This document shows, piece after piece, positions 33,046-42,408 of a stretch of 64,000 nucleotides of DNA. Source of the stretch: an uncultured Gemmatimonadales bacterium (lineage in GTDB: Bacteria > Gemmatimonadota > Gemmatimonadetes > Gemmatimonadales > Gemmatimonadaceae); NCBI GenBank assembly GCA_963793305.1, contig CAWBZV010000005.1:768001-832000 (forward strand). Reading direction: 5' to 3'. The stretch's first letter is position 1. The number at the start of each line of letters is the position of its first letter. A program made the position numbers and the translations under genes. The notes under the pieces are model-generated. The model was given only the letters and a program-made list of their open reading frames with translations. It searched no databases and was not told the DNA's origin.

Positions 33046-33255
33046 ATGGATCGCAAACAAATGACGCTAATGCTCAGCGACAAGGAGATGTCGCTGCTCG
33101 ATGAGCTGGCTGAGCGGCGGGGGATGTCAAAGACCGCACTCGTGCGCCAGGCGCTGCGGCTCTACCAATCGGTGACGGAGCGGATCGAGAGCGGAGAGAA
33201 AGTCTTCGTAGAGCGACCGTCGACGAAAGAGAAAACTGAGCTCATGGTCCTATGA
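33046..33255 (+). CDS. CopG/ribbon-helix-helix protein
   Basis: QMTLMLS...LDELAERRGMSKTALVRQAL. Confidence 0.85.
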   Translation: MDRKQMTLMLSDKEMSLLDELAERRGMSKTALVRQALRLYQSVTERIESGEKVFVERPSTKEKTELMVL

Positions 33256-33863
33256 AGGAACTGCTCGGCGACGCCATTCTGCTCGAGCGCAGCACCGAGG
33301 CTGATGCTCCCGCCCGGATATTCAGGACACTGGACCAGAAGAATTTCGACGATTTCGAGACTTTGTGGCGCCCGATGCTCAAAGAAGCGCGTGGCCGGGC
33401 CGCCTCCTGGGAGGGCGCCGCGAAGTTCGACGCTCAGGATTCGCACTGGGAGTGGGTTGAGAAGGCGGTCGAGGCCGAACGCATCATGGGCCGCGACACC
33501 TACGCAGTAGAATGCGCGGGCGTCACCCAAGGACTGATGCTCATCAATGTCGGGTTCGGACGATTACCCGACCAGCGCGGCAAGGAGCTGATCTACATTG
33601 AGCTTCTCGCCACGGCGCCATGGAATCGGCCGAAACTGACTCCAGATGCGCGCTACAAGGGTGTCGGCCGTGTGCTGGTGGGTACGGCGATCAGCCTGAG
33701 TGATGATCTCGGCTTTGGAGGCTGCATCGGTCTACACTCATTGCCCCAGTCGGAAGACTGGTACCGAGCGGGCGGGTTCACGGACGTCAAGTACGACGAG
33801 TCGAAGAAGATGCGGTATTTCGAGATGACTAACGACGATGCGCTGGCATTCGTATCAGATTGA
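33252..33863 (+). CDS. GNAT-family acetyltransferase
   Basis: YIELLATAPWNR, YKGVG acetyl-CoA loop, GLHSLPQSEDWY; ATGA overlap with the RHH gene. Confidence 0.85.
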   Translation: MKELLGDAILLERSTEADAPARIFRTLDQKNFDDFETLWRPMLKEARGRAASWEGAAKFDAQDSHWEWVEKAVEAERIMGRDTYAVECAGVTQGLMLINVGFGRLPDQRGKELIYIELLATAPWNRPKLTPDARYKGVGRVLVGTAISLSDDLGFGGCIGLHSLPQSEDWYRAGGFTDVKYDESKKMRYFEMTNDDALAFVSD

Positions 33864-33872
33864 GGAGGGATT

Positions 33873-34376
33873 ATGAAACTGCTATTCACTATCGACGGCT
33901 TGCGACGAAAGATCGCGGCCGATCCAGAAGACGAACCTATGGCGGGCGGCCCCGAGGGCCGCTCCGTCGATAGCACATTGGCGGCGGAAAACGCTGCCAT
34001 CATTGGTGAGAGCAAGGTAGTCCAGCTGCGTATCGGTCTAGGGGTACTCGTGCGCCAGTTGCGGCTCAGAGATGGCCTGTCGATCGCTCAACTCTCCGAG
34101 CGAGCCCAGGTTGCGGAAGATGATCTGCGTCAAGTCGAACATAACCCTCATTACACAGCACGCGCGCGCTTGATTCACCAGCTTTCGGAGTACTTCGGCG
34201 TGTCCCTCACGATGTTGTCGCAAATGTCGGGCACGACACATTCCGTTGACCGAGCACTCTATAATGATGTGGTCAAGTACGCCGCGCATTCGGATGATGT
34301 CTCAGCTCTCACGAGTGAAGAGCGAGAGACGCTCCATGCTTTCGTCGCTATGCTGAATGAGCGCTCGCGGACCTAG
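33873..34376 (+). CDS. XRE-family HTH protein with N-terminal extension
   Basis: LGVLVRQLRLRDGLSIAQLSERAQV...QVEH; strong RBS GAGGAGG. Confidence 0.82.
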   Translation: MKLLFTIDGLRRKIAADPEDEPMAGGPEGRSVDSTLAAENAAIIGESKVVQLRIGLGVLVRQLRLRDGLSIAQLSERAQVAEDDLRQVEHNPHYTARARLIHQLSEYFGVSLTMLSQMSGTTHSVDRALYNDVVKYAAHSDDVSALTSEERETLHAFVAMLNERSRT

Positions 34377-34378
34377 CT

Positions 34379-35305
34379 ATGCTGGAGGGTGAGCTCGGAG
34401 ATTTCGAGAAGCGCGATATTCGGGCGCAAGTCGAACGGATCCTCAGAGACCTCGGTAACCCCGAGCCTCCCCTGCGACTGGCTGATGTCCGCAAGCTCCT
34501 CGCGATCGATCTCCATTACTATCGAAGCTCAGATCCAGGCCTGGTCGATGAGCTCACACATCGGTTCAAGGTCTTCGCCCGAAAATCGATCCCCGACCTG
34601 GGCAAGCATCTGCTATCGGCGTTGACGAAGTCACGACTCTGTGCATTCTGGGTGCCGGAAAGCTCGAAAATTCTTGTCGACGCTGATGTGCCCGAGCCGA
34701 AGCACCGCTGGCTAGAAGCGCATGAAGTCACTCACAGCGTAACGCCATGGCACCGCAAGTTTCTCTTCGGTGACAACTATCACACGTTGGATCCGGCTTG
34801 CCACGCATCGTTGGAGGCCGAGGCAAATTACGGCGCGGGAAGACTTCTCTTCTTGCAGAATCGGCTTGCCGAGGAAGCTCGCGATCTCCCGCTGTCGTTC
34901 GAGTCAATCAAGTTGCTGTCGAAGCGATACCACAACTCAATCGTCTCGACGTTCTGGCGGGCTGTAGAGGATCGAAACCCAGATCAACCGGCATTTGGGA
35001 TTGTTAGCGTTCATCCGCTTTATCCGGATATTGGCAATCATGATGGACCCAATCCCTGGCGCTATTACATCCGATCCTCGGGATTCCAAAGACAGTTTTC
35101 AGTCGTGACGCCCGATGACGCCTTTGGCCTTGTGGCCCGGTACGCGAGTAACAAAAGGACGGGGCCCATTTTCACTGCGACGCATCTACTTAGAGATGTG
35201 AACGGAGACGAATGGGAATTCAACATTGAATCCTTCTCGACCAAGCATGCGCTCTTGACTCTCGGGTTTCCGGTTCGCCGGCATCAGACCCTGGTATCCA
35301 CTTGA
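34379..35305 (+). CDS. ImmA/IrrE-family Zn metallopeptidase
   Basis: AHEVTH (HExxH) and EAEAN motifs; 2 bp downstream of the XRE gene. Confidence 0.85.
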   Translation: MLEGELGDFEKRDIRAQVERILRDLGNPEPPLRLADVRKLLAIDLHYYRSSDPGLVDELTHRFKVFARKSIPDLGKHLLSALTKSRLCAFWVPESSKILVDADVPEPKHRWLEAHEVTHSVTPWHRKFLFGDNYHTLDPACHASLEAEANYGAGRLLFLQNRLAEEARDLPLSFESIKLLSKRYHNSIVSTFWRAVEDRNPDQPAFGIVSVHPLYPDIGNHDGPNPWRYYIRSSGFQRQFSVVTPDDAFGLVARYASNKRTGPIFTATHLLRDVNGDEWEFNIESFSTKHALLTLGFPVRRHQTLVST

Positions 35306-35339
35306 GTCGCTCCCGCGCGTATGAGGGAGCGCTGCTCCA

Positions 35340-35690
35340 GTGAGGCAATGGCTGCGTCGCGCGGTGGATCTGGTCCGGCAGGCTGTTGGTCACCCGTCCA
35401 GAGTCGTTCGACCGCACCGTCGCCGCGTCGATGTCAAGCGCGTCAGTGTCAGGAGATATGGCAAGTTCAATGACAGACCGCCTCCGTTGCACTGGGCCCC
35501 CTGTCATCCGTCAACCATTCATCGCTTCAAGGCTACCATGGCTTGTCCGGCGGGCCATGTGCTCACGCTTCGAATTCACGCAATCGGGTCAGACGGCGCG
35601 GTCACCCCGAGCGTCGTGTGCCCAGTGAAGTGCTGCACCTTTCATGAATACGTTCGACTGACAGACTGGACATTTGGATCTATTGGATGA
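35340..35690 (+). CDS. Small Cys/His-rich putative Zn-binding protein (DUF6527-like pattern; start uncertain)
   Basis: CPAGH...H.I...G.VTPSVVC...C.FH..V.L..W. Confidence 0.55.
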   Translation: MRQWLRRAVDLVRQAVGHPSRVVRPHRRRVDVKRVSVRRYGKFNDRPPPLHWAPCHPSTIHRFKATMACPAGHVLTLRIHAIGSDGAVTPSVVCPVKCCTFHEYVRLTDWTFGSIG

Positions 35691-35763
35691 TCCGAAATGC
35701 GCTGCTGCGCGATAGCGAACCGGAGAAAGCGGTTTCCCAACTGACGCCCATTGTGCGCGTGGT

Positions 35764-37089
35764 ATGTTCCCGTTTCATATTGGAACTATGTCCCGGTCGC
35801 ACCGGCCCTTAGGCGCCGCGCTCGAGCCTCCGTTGGTCGTGCTTGTGCACGAGGGGAAGGGACCCGTCGCGCGTGGATCGGCCAGTGACGGGTTCGACTA
35901 CACGTGTCACGCGTGCGATCTGGTTCTGGCTGAGAGTGTTGACGAGAACGCGCTGTGGGACGTGGGACTCAAGTGTCCCCAGTGCGGAGCGCTGAATGAC
36001 GCGCCAAGCCTCTCGGCGGATCGGCCCTTGCCCAGGCAGTTCGTCGAGATAATGCCTGGAGTCAGGGTCTATCGGGAGACCATCGATCTCCGGGGGGCGA
36101 GTGTCGTGGGAACTCCGGGGTTGGCACGCCGCGGCGCCACTCGACCCACACGCGAAGCGACCTTCCGAGCGACTGAGACAGCCTACTCCTTGGTGATCGA
36201 GCCGCGCGAGTTTCTGAGCGACCTGGTTGATCGCGTTCGGGCGACGCTCGGCGACGCGTTTGCCGTCATCGAAGCGCGCGACAAGCGGCGCCGGGCCAGT
36301 CGAGCCGCGCCAGAGAACCGTCATGGGCTCATGGTGGCGGTGGAAGCGGTGCAGGCGTCGATCGTAAGCCTCGAGTCATTCGAGCCAACGATCGCTGTCT
36401 CTGCAGTAACGGAGCTGGACGTCGTGCTTCGGTTCCTAGAGCGATGGCGGGGAGTGCGGGAGTGGCCGACATTGATTGAAGCGCTTTCTCAGCAACAACA
36501 GTACGCACACACCGTGGTGTTGCTCGCGACGGCGACGGCGCTGGCAGACAAAGGGAATGTCGTCGATTTCATGCCGACGGCCCGGTCGCGTACCCCGGAC
36601 CTGGTCATGATGCGCGCTGCGGGTGGTTGGTTCGCGGTCGAGGTGAAAGGGCCGCGCGCATTGGCCACGCGGTTTCCCAGGCGATGGAAGGCAGACGAGG
36701 CGTATGATCTGATCCGCACGCAAGTGATGCGCGCCCGCCGAGGGAACAAGGGGCAGATGGCAGCGGGCGAGGCAGGCCTCCTGGTGATCGGCGGGATGTA
36801 CAATCACCTCGAGACAATCGAATGCCTCAAGGCGGCGGCGGTCGAGTATTTGGCTGATGCGGCCGGGAAGCATCGCCATTCGGACATGGAGGGGATCTCG
36901 CTCGTCAATGTGGCGACACTCGTCGAAAATCGTGCGCCGCTCGGCCGACCGCTGTTACCCTTTGCGCAATTTCGCTGGGTTCGACATCCCGGGTACCGCG
37001 GTCGGGCATCGATCGTTCCATCAAATGCCGGGATGAACGTCGTATCAGGGCCGCTAACTCAACCGGGCGACGTGCGGATGGACGTGTAA
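35764..37089 (+). CDS. Zinc-ribbon plus PD-(D/E)xK nuclease-like protein
   Basis: CHAC/CPQC at the N-terminus; TPDL...AVEVKGP. Confidence 0.65.
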   Translation: MFPFHIGTMSRSHRPLGAALEPPLVVLVHEGKGPVARGSASDGFDYTCHACDLVLAESVDENALWDVGLKCPQCGALNDAPSLSADRPLPRQFVEIMPGVRVYRETIDLRGASVVGTPGLARRGATRPTREATFRATETAYSLVIEPREFLSDLVDRVRATLGDAFAVIEARDKRRRASRAAPENRHGLMVAVEAVQASIVSLESFEPTIAVSAVTELDVVLRFLERWRGVREWPTLIEALSQQQQYAHTVVLLATATALADKGNVVDFMPTARSRTPDLVMMRAAGGWFAVEVKGPRALATRFPRRWKADEAYDLIRTQVMRARRGNKGQMAAGEAGLLVIGGMYNHLETIECLKAAAVEYLADAAGKHRHSDMEGISLVNVATLVENRAPLGRPLLPFAQFRWVRHPGYRGRASIVPSNAGMNVVSGPLTQPGDVRMDV

Positions 37090-37559
37090 GTGCAGCGACT
37101 GAAGTTCGGGGGACGGTTCGAATAGTCAAGGTTGGCCCGTCTGGGAGCTCGCTCAATCTCCGCTGTACCTTCATGGCACGCCGTCTCGGTGGCTGGCTGC
37201 GGGGGAGTGCGCTGTCGCGTCGGTCGGCGATGCCGTCATCGCGCTCGCCGCCGATGGCAGCGCGCCCCTTGTCGCGCGGAATCGGTTCTGCCTCCTTCGA
37301 CTCGGTGCGCCGTCTGTCATCGTATACGCGGTCGTTGGGTTCGCGGTGAGTGTGGGCCTTGAAGGGTGGAACGTCGATGTGCTCCACCGCTGGTCATACC
37401 GTCCATCGATGCCGCGGATCGGAGGTATTGGCCTGACTCGAATCCTCCCATGGATCGTGGTGCCATCAGCGGCGCTGGTACTTACCCGTCGTTGGTTGGG
37501 AAGACGGGCGCGGGTCCAAAGGCGAGCCCATCGTCGAGATATGCCATGCCGTATGCGAA

Positions 37560-38105
37560 CTACGACCGCGATTGCGCGCGATGATCGCAGCGTTGAAAGG
37601 CGAGAAACTGGTGGACGGCGACTAGGGCTTCCGGATCGCGAGTTGTGATTCGCACAGCGCCACCGCGCGGCTGGTCGGATACGGTATACGTGATCAGGTT
37701 GCGTTTAGCGACCATGGTGGCCGTGCCGGGCACGTCGCGCATGTGCACGAACATCGGTGTCGAGAAGTCGCCGCTACCGAACGCCTGCGTGATCATGCGC
37801 AGGTGGTGCCGGATCATGGCGACGCCGGCCGAGTCGTCGACGTTGCGCTCGAGCTCTATCCGACCGCCGTCGGGCAAGTCTGTAAAATGATGGATCGAGG
37901 TGTACCGATCGACGCCCATGGCTTGCGCGCCGCGTGCCTGCACGGCGCGATAAGCGCGGTCGCTGCCCGCTGAGGAGTCGTACGCCGGGTGCGTGTCGCA
38001 TTCTTGAGCGCGCAGTGCCATCAACGGGACAACCTGCAGCGTCGCAAACAATCCGAATCCCCATACAACGGCGTAGCCCTGTAACTTCCGTGCGTCGGAC
38101 GTCAT
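37560..38105 (-). CDS. Secreted His/Met-rich hypothetical protein
   Basis: Signal-like N-terminus; HHFTDLPDGG, GDFSTPMFVH, VHQFLAFQRCDH. Confidence 0.6.
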   Translation of the reverse strand: MTSDARKLQGYAVVWGFGLFATLQVVPLMALRAQECDTHPAYDSSAGSDRAYRAVQARGAQAMGVDRYTSIHHFTDLPDGGRIELERNVDDSAGVAMIRHHLRMITQAFGSGDFSTPMFVHMRDVPGTATMVAKRNLITYTVSDQPRGGAVRITTRDPEALVAVHQFLAFQRCDHRAQSRS

Positions 38106-38189
38106 TCGATCCCTCGGGTTTGCTGGATGGCCCCAGCATACGACCATACCCCGGCCCGCCGCTGGAACCAAAGTCTCATTTGCGCTCGC

Positions 38190-38879
38190 GTGATCAGTTT
38201 AGACGTACTCGCTCGTATTCCCCTCGTTGACAAGCTCTCACCGGCGGCGCGGCGCGCCCTCGCCGGCCGGGCTATCACGCGTCAATTCGGCGCGGGGGAA
38301 GTGTTGTAGACAGTCGGCAGCCCGATCGATGACATGCTAGTCGTCATCGAGGGCGAGGTGCGCGTAATCCGTGAAGGGGGCGGACGACAGCACGTGCTGC
38401 ACACCGAGGGGCCGGGTGGCACGTTGGGCGAGGTGCCGTTCTATAGTGGGGGAGCAGCCCCCGCGACCGCCATCGCGGTCGTGCCAACCCAGTGCCTCGT
38501 TCTGTCACGCGGGGCGATCGAGGCCGCGATCGTCGCCGACCCCGCCGTGGCGTGGGTGCTCCTTGGCCGGCTGGCCTCGCGCGTCCGGGGGCTCGTAGAG
38601 CGAGTAGATCGCCTGGCGCTTCAAAGCGCCACCACGCGCCTGGTGGGACTGCTGGTCGCCAAAGTTCCGCGCACGAGCATCGGAGGCGAGGCAGTTGTCA
38701 GCCTTGGGATGTCGCAGGCGGTTTTGGCCGCCGAGTTGGGGACGGTGCGCGAGGTGATCGTGCGGGCACTGCGGTCGCTCAGGGAGCGCGGGTTGATCTC
38801 GACCGCTGGGCGCGGCTGTCTTCGCATCGTAGACGTTGCCGCGCTACGGCGCGCGGCAGAAGAGGTGAGTCCGACTTAG
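38190..38879 (+). pseudogene. Crp/Fnr-family regulator with an in-frame TAG at 38307-38309
   Basis: cNMP-binding fold (GEVRV, GGTLGEV) and HTH LGTVREVIVRAL; both parts are in the same frame. Confidence 0.75.
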
Positions 38880-38971
38880 GACCGCGCTTACCTTTACCTT
38901 GCTGACGCGGATGTCGGCGGCCACTCCGTATTTGTGAGAATTCAACCTGTCGCGCGTGTGGAGTACTAGTC

Positions 38972-39415
38972 GTGAACCCAACTGAGGTCGTGGCGGTCGT
39001 CCTCGGCAACCTCAAGACCGCCGCGGAAATCGTGAAACTTCTGCGATCGGATTCACCGATCCAGAAGGCAGAGGCGAAGCTGAAGCTGGCTGAGGTGCTC
39101 GAATCGCTGGCGGACGCGAGAGTCCAGTTGGTCGACGTGCAGGAAGCCGTGAGGGAGAAAGACGCGCGAATCGCGGACCTGGAAGAAGCGTTCGAAGTCA
39201 GGGATACAGTGCAGCGGCAGAACGACGGGATCTATAGGATCAAAGCCGGCAAAGCGGAGGGATACCCCCATTGTCTTCGCTGCTGGGAGGAGGACCACCG
39301 ATTGAGACAACTTGTGCACTCGGCGGGCGATCACCGAGCGCGTGTGTGCCCCACATGCAAGACGGGTTACGAAGGGCGATCGGTTCCCTTTATCACGCCC
39401 GACGCCGTGCAATAG
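38972..39415 (+). CDS. Coiled-coil protein with C-terminal zinc ribbon
   Basis: Heptad-rich centre; CLRC and CPTC. Confidence 0.7.
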   Translation: MNPTEVVAVVLGNLKTAAEIVKLLRSDSPIQKAEAKLKLAEVLESLADARVQLVDVQEAVREKDARIADLEEAFEVRDTVQRQNDGIYRIKAGKAEGYPHCLRCWEEDHRLRQLVHSAGDHRARVCPTCKTGYEGRSVPFITPDAVQ

Positions 39416-39515
39416 TAGCCGGGCGTCAAGGCGTTCACCTGCGTCGTTGATACGCATCTGGAACAGTGTGCATCCAGCACGCCCACGCACAGGAAAACGG
39501 CCGCGGAGACAGTCT

Positions 39516-40265
39516 GTGTCCCAGTCGATTATTGAACTAGAAGGTGCCGTTCGCGCGAGAATGGAGCCCGAGCTCCGAGACTACGTCGACGTGCTCGGGA
39601 AGGCGTACAATCTGCTGGGCGAGATCGTCGAGGCGTCGAATGTGGACCAGCTATCGCTTTCGGCGAAGGTGCAAGTCATGCTTGCCGCGCGACTGCAGGA
39701 GGATTTGCGTTCGGTTGATCTCACTGCCTCCTTGGGTTATGCCTTGGCTGCCTTGACACATGCTTCCGTCGTGCGCGAAGTCGCCTACGGCATGATGTAT
39801 TTGGACTCTGATGACCGTGCTCTAGCATGGTGGGCGCATCAAAAGGAGAACAAAGCATATCCGGAGTGCGGCCACAAAGATGTTTTGCGAGATGTGTTGG
39901 AGCGCCGATTCGGGCGAGTGGATGCTGTCGACCAAGAGTACAAAGTGTACACTGATATGTGCCTGGCTAAGCACGCCAATCCGGTTTTGCAGCGTGAATA
40001 CGGCGTCTTGAAATCGCCCGCAACGATTGACGTTGTTTCACATCCCTTCTACTCTGCGGATGTCGTGTTGTTCTGCAAGTTCGCCCTAGCGCATTCGATT
40101 CGGGCTGTGACGACGGCCGCGCTACTTTTCGCTGCGGAACTGGAGTCCGAGGAGGCGACCGACTGGCTGGCGGCCGGCGCTATTGCGGCGAACGATACTC
40201 TGCTCGGCTTGACGGAACGCGACGGGATAACGAACGGTTTTCCCCTACTGGCAACCGGAGTCTGA
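39516..40265 (+). CDS. All-helical HEPN-like (DUF5677-like) protein
   Basis: SVVRE..Y and YKVYTDMCLAKHANP pattern; GTG preceded by GGAG. Confidence 0.5.
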   Translation: MSQSIIELEGAVRARMEPELRDYVDVLGKAYNLLGEIVEASNVDQLSLSAKVQVMLAARLQEDLRSVDLTASLGYALAALTHASVVREVAYGMMYLDSDDRALAWWAHQKENKAYPECGHKDVLRDVLERRFGRVDAVDQEYKVYTDMCLAKHANPVLQREYGVLKSPATIDVVSHPFYSADVVLFCKFALAHSIRAVTTAALLFAAELESEEATDWLAAGAIAANDTLLGLTERDGITNGFPLLATGV

Positions 40266-40323
40266 CAGGAGGCGGATGCATCCCGCGAGAACGGGCACCC
40301 GGAGCCGCGGTGATGTGTACGTA

Positions 40324-40942
40324 ATGCAGCGACTATTCCGCACGCCGGGCGTCATCACCCCCGAACTTCTGAGGCTGACAGATCGTGTTGTGCCCGGAGC
40401 CGTGCCGCTCTTTGTCCCTGTTAGGCTAACCTCAGAATGGCCTGATCAACGAGTGCTTCGAGAATGCACGGCGCCAAGTAGCCAGACTCAAAGGATCCGT
40501 TCAGCACGGATGGGCGCTCTGGGAATGGTCGGGCAAGATGATCGAGGCGGAGTTTCATGCGGTCTGGAGACAGCCCGGAGGATCGCTGATTGACGTTTCG
40601 CCCCGATCCGATGGCGAAACCCAGATCCTCTTTATTCCGGATCCATCGCGTGTGTTCGAGGGAAAACAGATCAACAACGTGCGAGTAGCGCTTGGTGATG
40701 ACCCTCGCATTCATGAATACATCGCGCTTGCCGACCGACACTTTGACATCCTGAATCGAGGCGGCCGAGCATCGGCGCTCGGCGCGGTTGCAGTCCCAAG
40801 GCACGAGATCGAGCCCGTAAGACGACGAATGTGGGAGCTCCAGACGGCGCTTGAATACGGCGCCGCGAAGCGAAACGACCCTTGTCCCTGTGGCAGCGGC
40901 CGTAAGTTCAAAGAGTGTCACGGAGGTGGCTTCAATTTCTAG
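40324..40942 (+). CDS. Cys-His-Asp (transglutaminase/papain-like) domain plus SEC-C motif; +1 frameshift at about 40430-40438
   Basis: NECFEN, GWALWE, EAEFHAVW, IDVSP; RNDPCPCGSGRKFKECHG. Confidence 0.7.
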
Positions 40943-41037
40943 AGTTCTACTTGACACATCAGCGACGCTGACCTCAAGGGCGCTCAGGTACCCCTCCGTC
41001 GCTTGCTGCGTTGTCAGTTCATGTCGGAGAGACAATC

Positions 41038-42408
41038 GTGTTCGAGAAGCATGAGGTTGAAGCGCTGCGGGACGGAATTCTGACGCTCGAATGCATGGCG
41101 ATGCGTATAGAGCGCGAATCACACATTGGTGGAGCGGAGCCGTGTGTATTTACCGGCGCAGGGAGGATTTACCAGGACGACGGGTTACTCCGTTTCACCA
41201 TGTACAGCCCAGAAACCTACGATCCGTCGCGTTGCCCTGAATTGATCGGCGAGGTCGGTGATTTCGTCGGACGGGAATCCTACTACCAATTCTCGGCGCA
41301 CGATCTTGAAGGTCGCTCATGGAGCTGCAATGCCGTGCTGCCTTCGCCCAATGTTCCTATCGACCGTCGAGGGGCGGCTTGGCACGGTAGGCTGCCGTGG
41401 ATTAGGGCTGTCCGGCACGCAGGCGATCTTTACTGGCGCGCGCCGCACCGCACCACCCTCACGTGCATTGCATTTCAAGAGATCGATGCGCCGCTCAACT
41501 ACTACAGCCGAAGTCATCAGGAGACCCCCTTGGGCACTGTGCAAGGCCGCTCGCTGGATCACGCGGCATTTGAAACGGCGGGGCTGCACTGTGTTCTCCA
41601 TGCACCTCCTACTCACACGCAACTCGTCGTCAACGCAGATGCGGCGCTCCCCGATAACCTAGCCCTGCGCATGGCGGACGCCTTGCAATTCGTACTTGCA
41701 ACCCCGATTCGATGGGCGATCGAGCACGGCGAAACATTGGCTGAGGAATGGGTGACGCTTATCAGCCCAGGAGTCGCCGCGAATAGACGAACAAGAATTT
41801 GGCCGCCTGTTCCACTGCGAACAACATCCAGCGTAGACGATACCTGGAGGTTGTTCGCGCTCTATTTCAACAGGTTTACTTCCGATCACCGTGGCGCACT
41901 CTCCGACCATGTATCCGCGCAGTGGCACTCGCTGTTGGCGTCAGCGTCGAGCACCGCTGAGGTACAGGTGATGACGGCGGGAGTCGCTGTCGAGGCGCTG
42001 GTAAAACTGATCTGGTCGGGACCAGCCTCCGCGCAGGTATCCCCACTGCAGTCCATCATCAATGATCTGCTCATCTATTTGAAGACCCTAACTACGTCAG
42101 ACGATCTGCACGCTCGATTCGAGAAAAAACTTCAGACGATGGTTGAGCCGTCCGTTATGGATCGTCTTCATGAACTCGGGGACAAAAACTTGGTCGATGG
42201 GAAGCTGCTCAAATCGTGGCGCCGTTTGCGCAATGCTACGGTTCACGACGGCCGTTGGCTCGCGGATCATTTGGAAGAAGGTCTCGATTTGCTGACCGAT
42301 GTGACGAGTCTACTGTATCAAATCATCTTCGCCGCAGTCGAATACTCCGGCACTTGTACGGACTACGGCAGGCCGAATGGCATCGGATCCTATCCTCCTA
42401 TTCGTTGA
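41038..42408 (+). CDS. ApeA-like protein with C-terminal HEPN domain
   Basis: Beta-rich N-terminal part; AVEAL and RNATVH (RxxxxH) motifs. Confidence 0.65.
   Translation: MFEKHEVEALRDGILTLECMAMRIERESHIGGAEPCVFTGAGRIYQDDGLLRFTMYSPETYDPSRCPELIGEVGDFVGRESYYQFSAHDLEGRSWSCNAVLPSPNVPIDRRGAAWHGRLPWIRAVRHAGDLYWRAPHRTTLTCIAFQEIDAPLNYYSRSHQETPLGTVQGRSLDHAAFETAGLHCVLHAPPTHTQLVVNADAALPDNLALRMADALQFVLATPIRWAIEHGETLAEEWVTLISPGVAANRRTRIWPPVPLRTTSSVDDTWRLFALYFNRFTSDHRGALSDHVSAQWHSLLASASSTAEVQVMTAGVAVEALVKLIWSGPASAQVSPLQSIINDLLIYLKTLTTSDDLHARFEKKLQTMVEPSVMDRLHELGDKNLVDGKLLKSWRRLRNATVHDGRWLADHLEEGLDLLTDVTSLLYQIIFAAVEYSGTCTDYGRPNGIGSYPPIR

Noticed and set aside
38307..38309. Pyrrolysine or amber readthrough
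   Set aside because: No pyl genes or tRNA in the window, and TAG is used as a normal stop in many genes here
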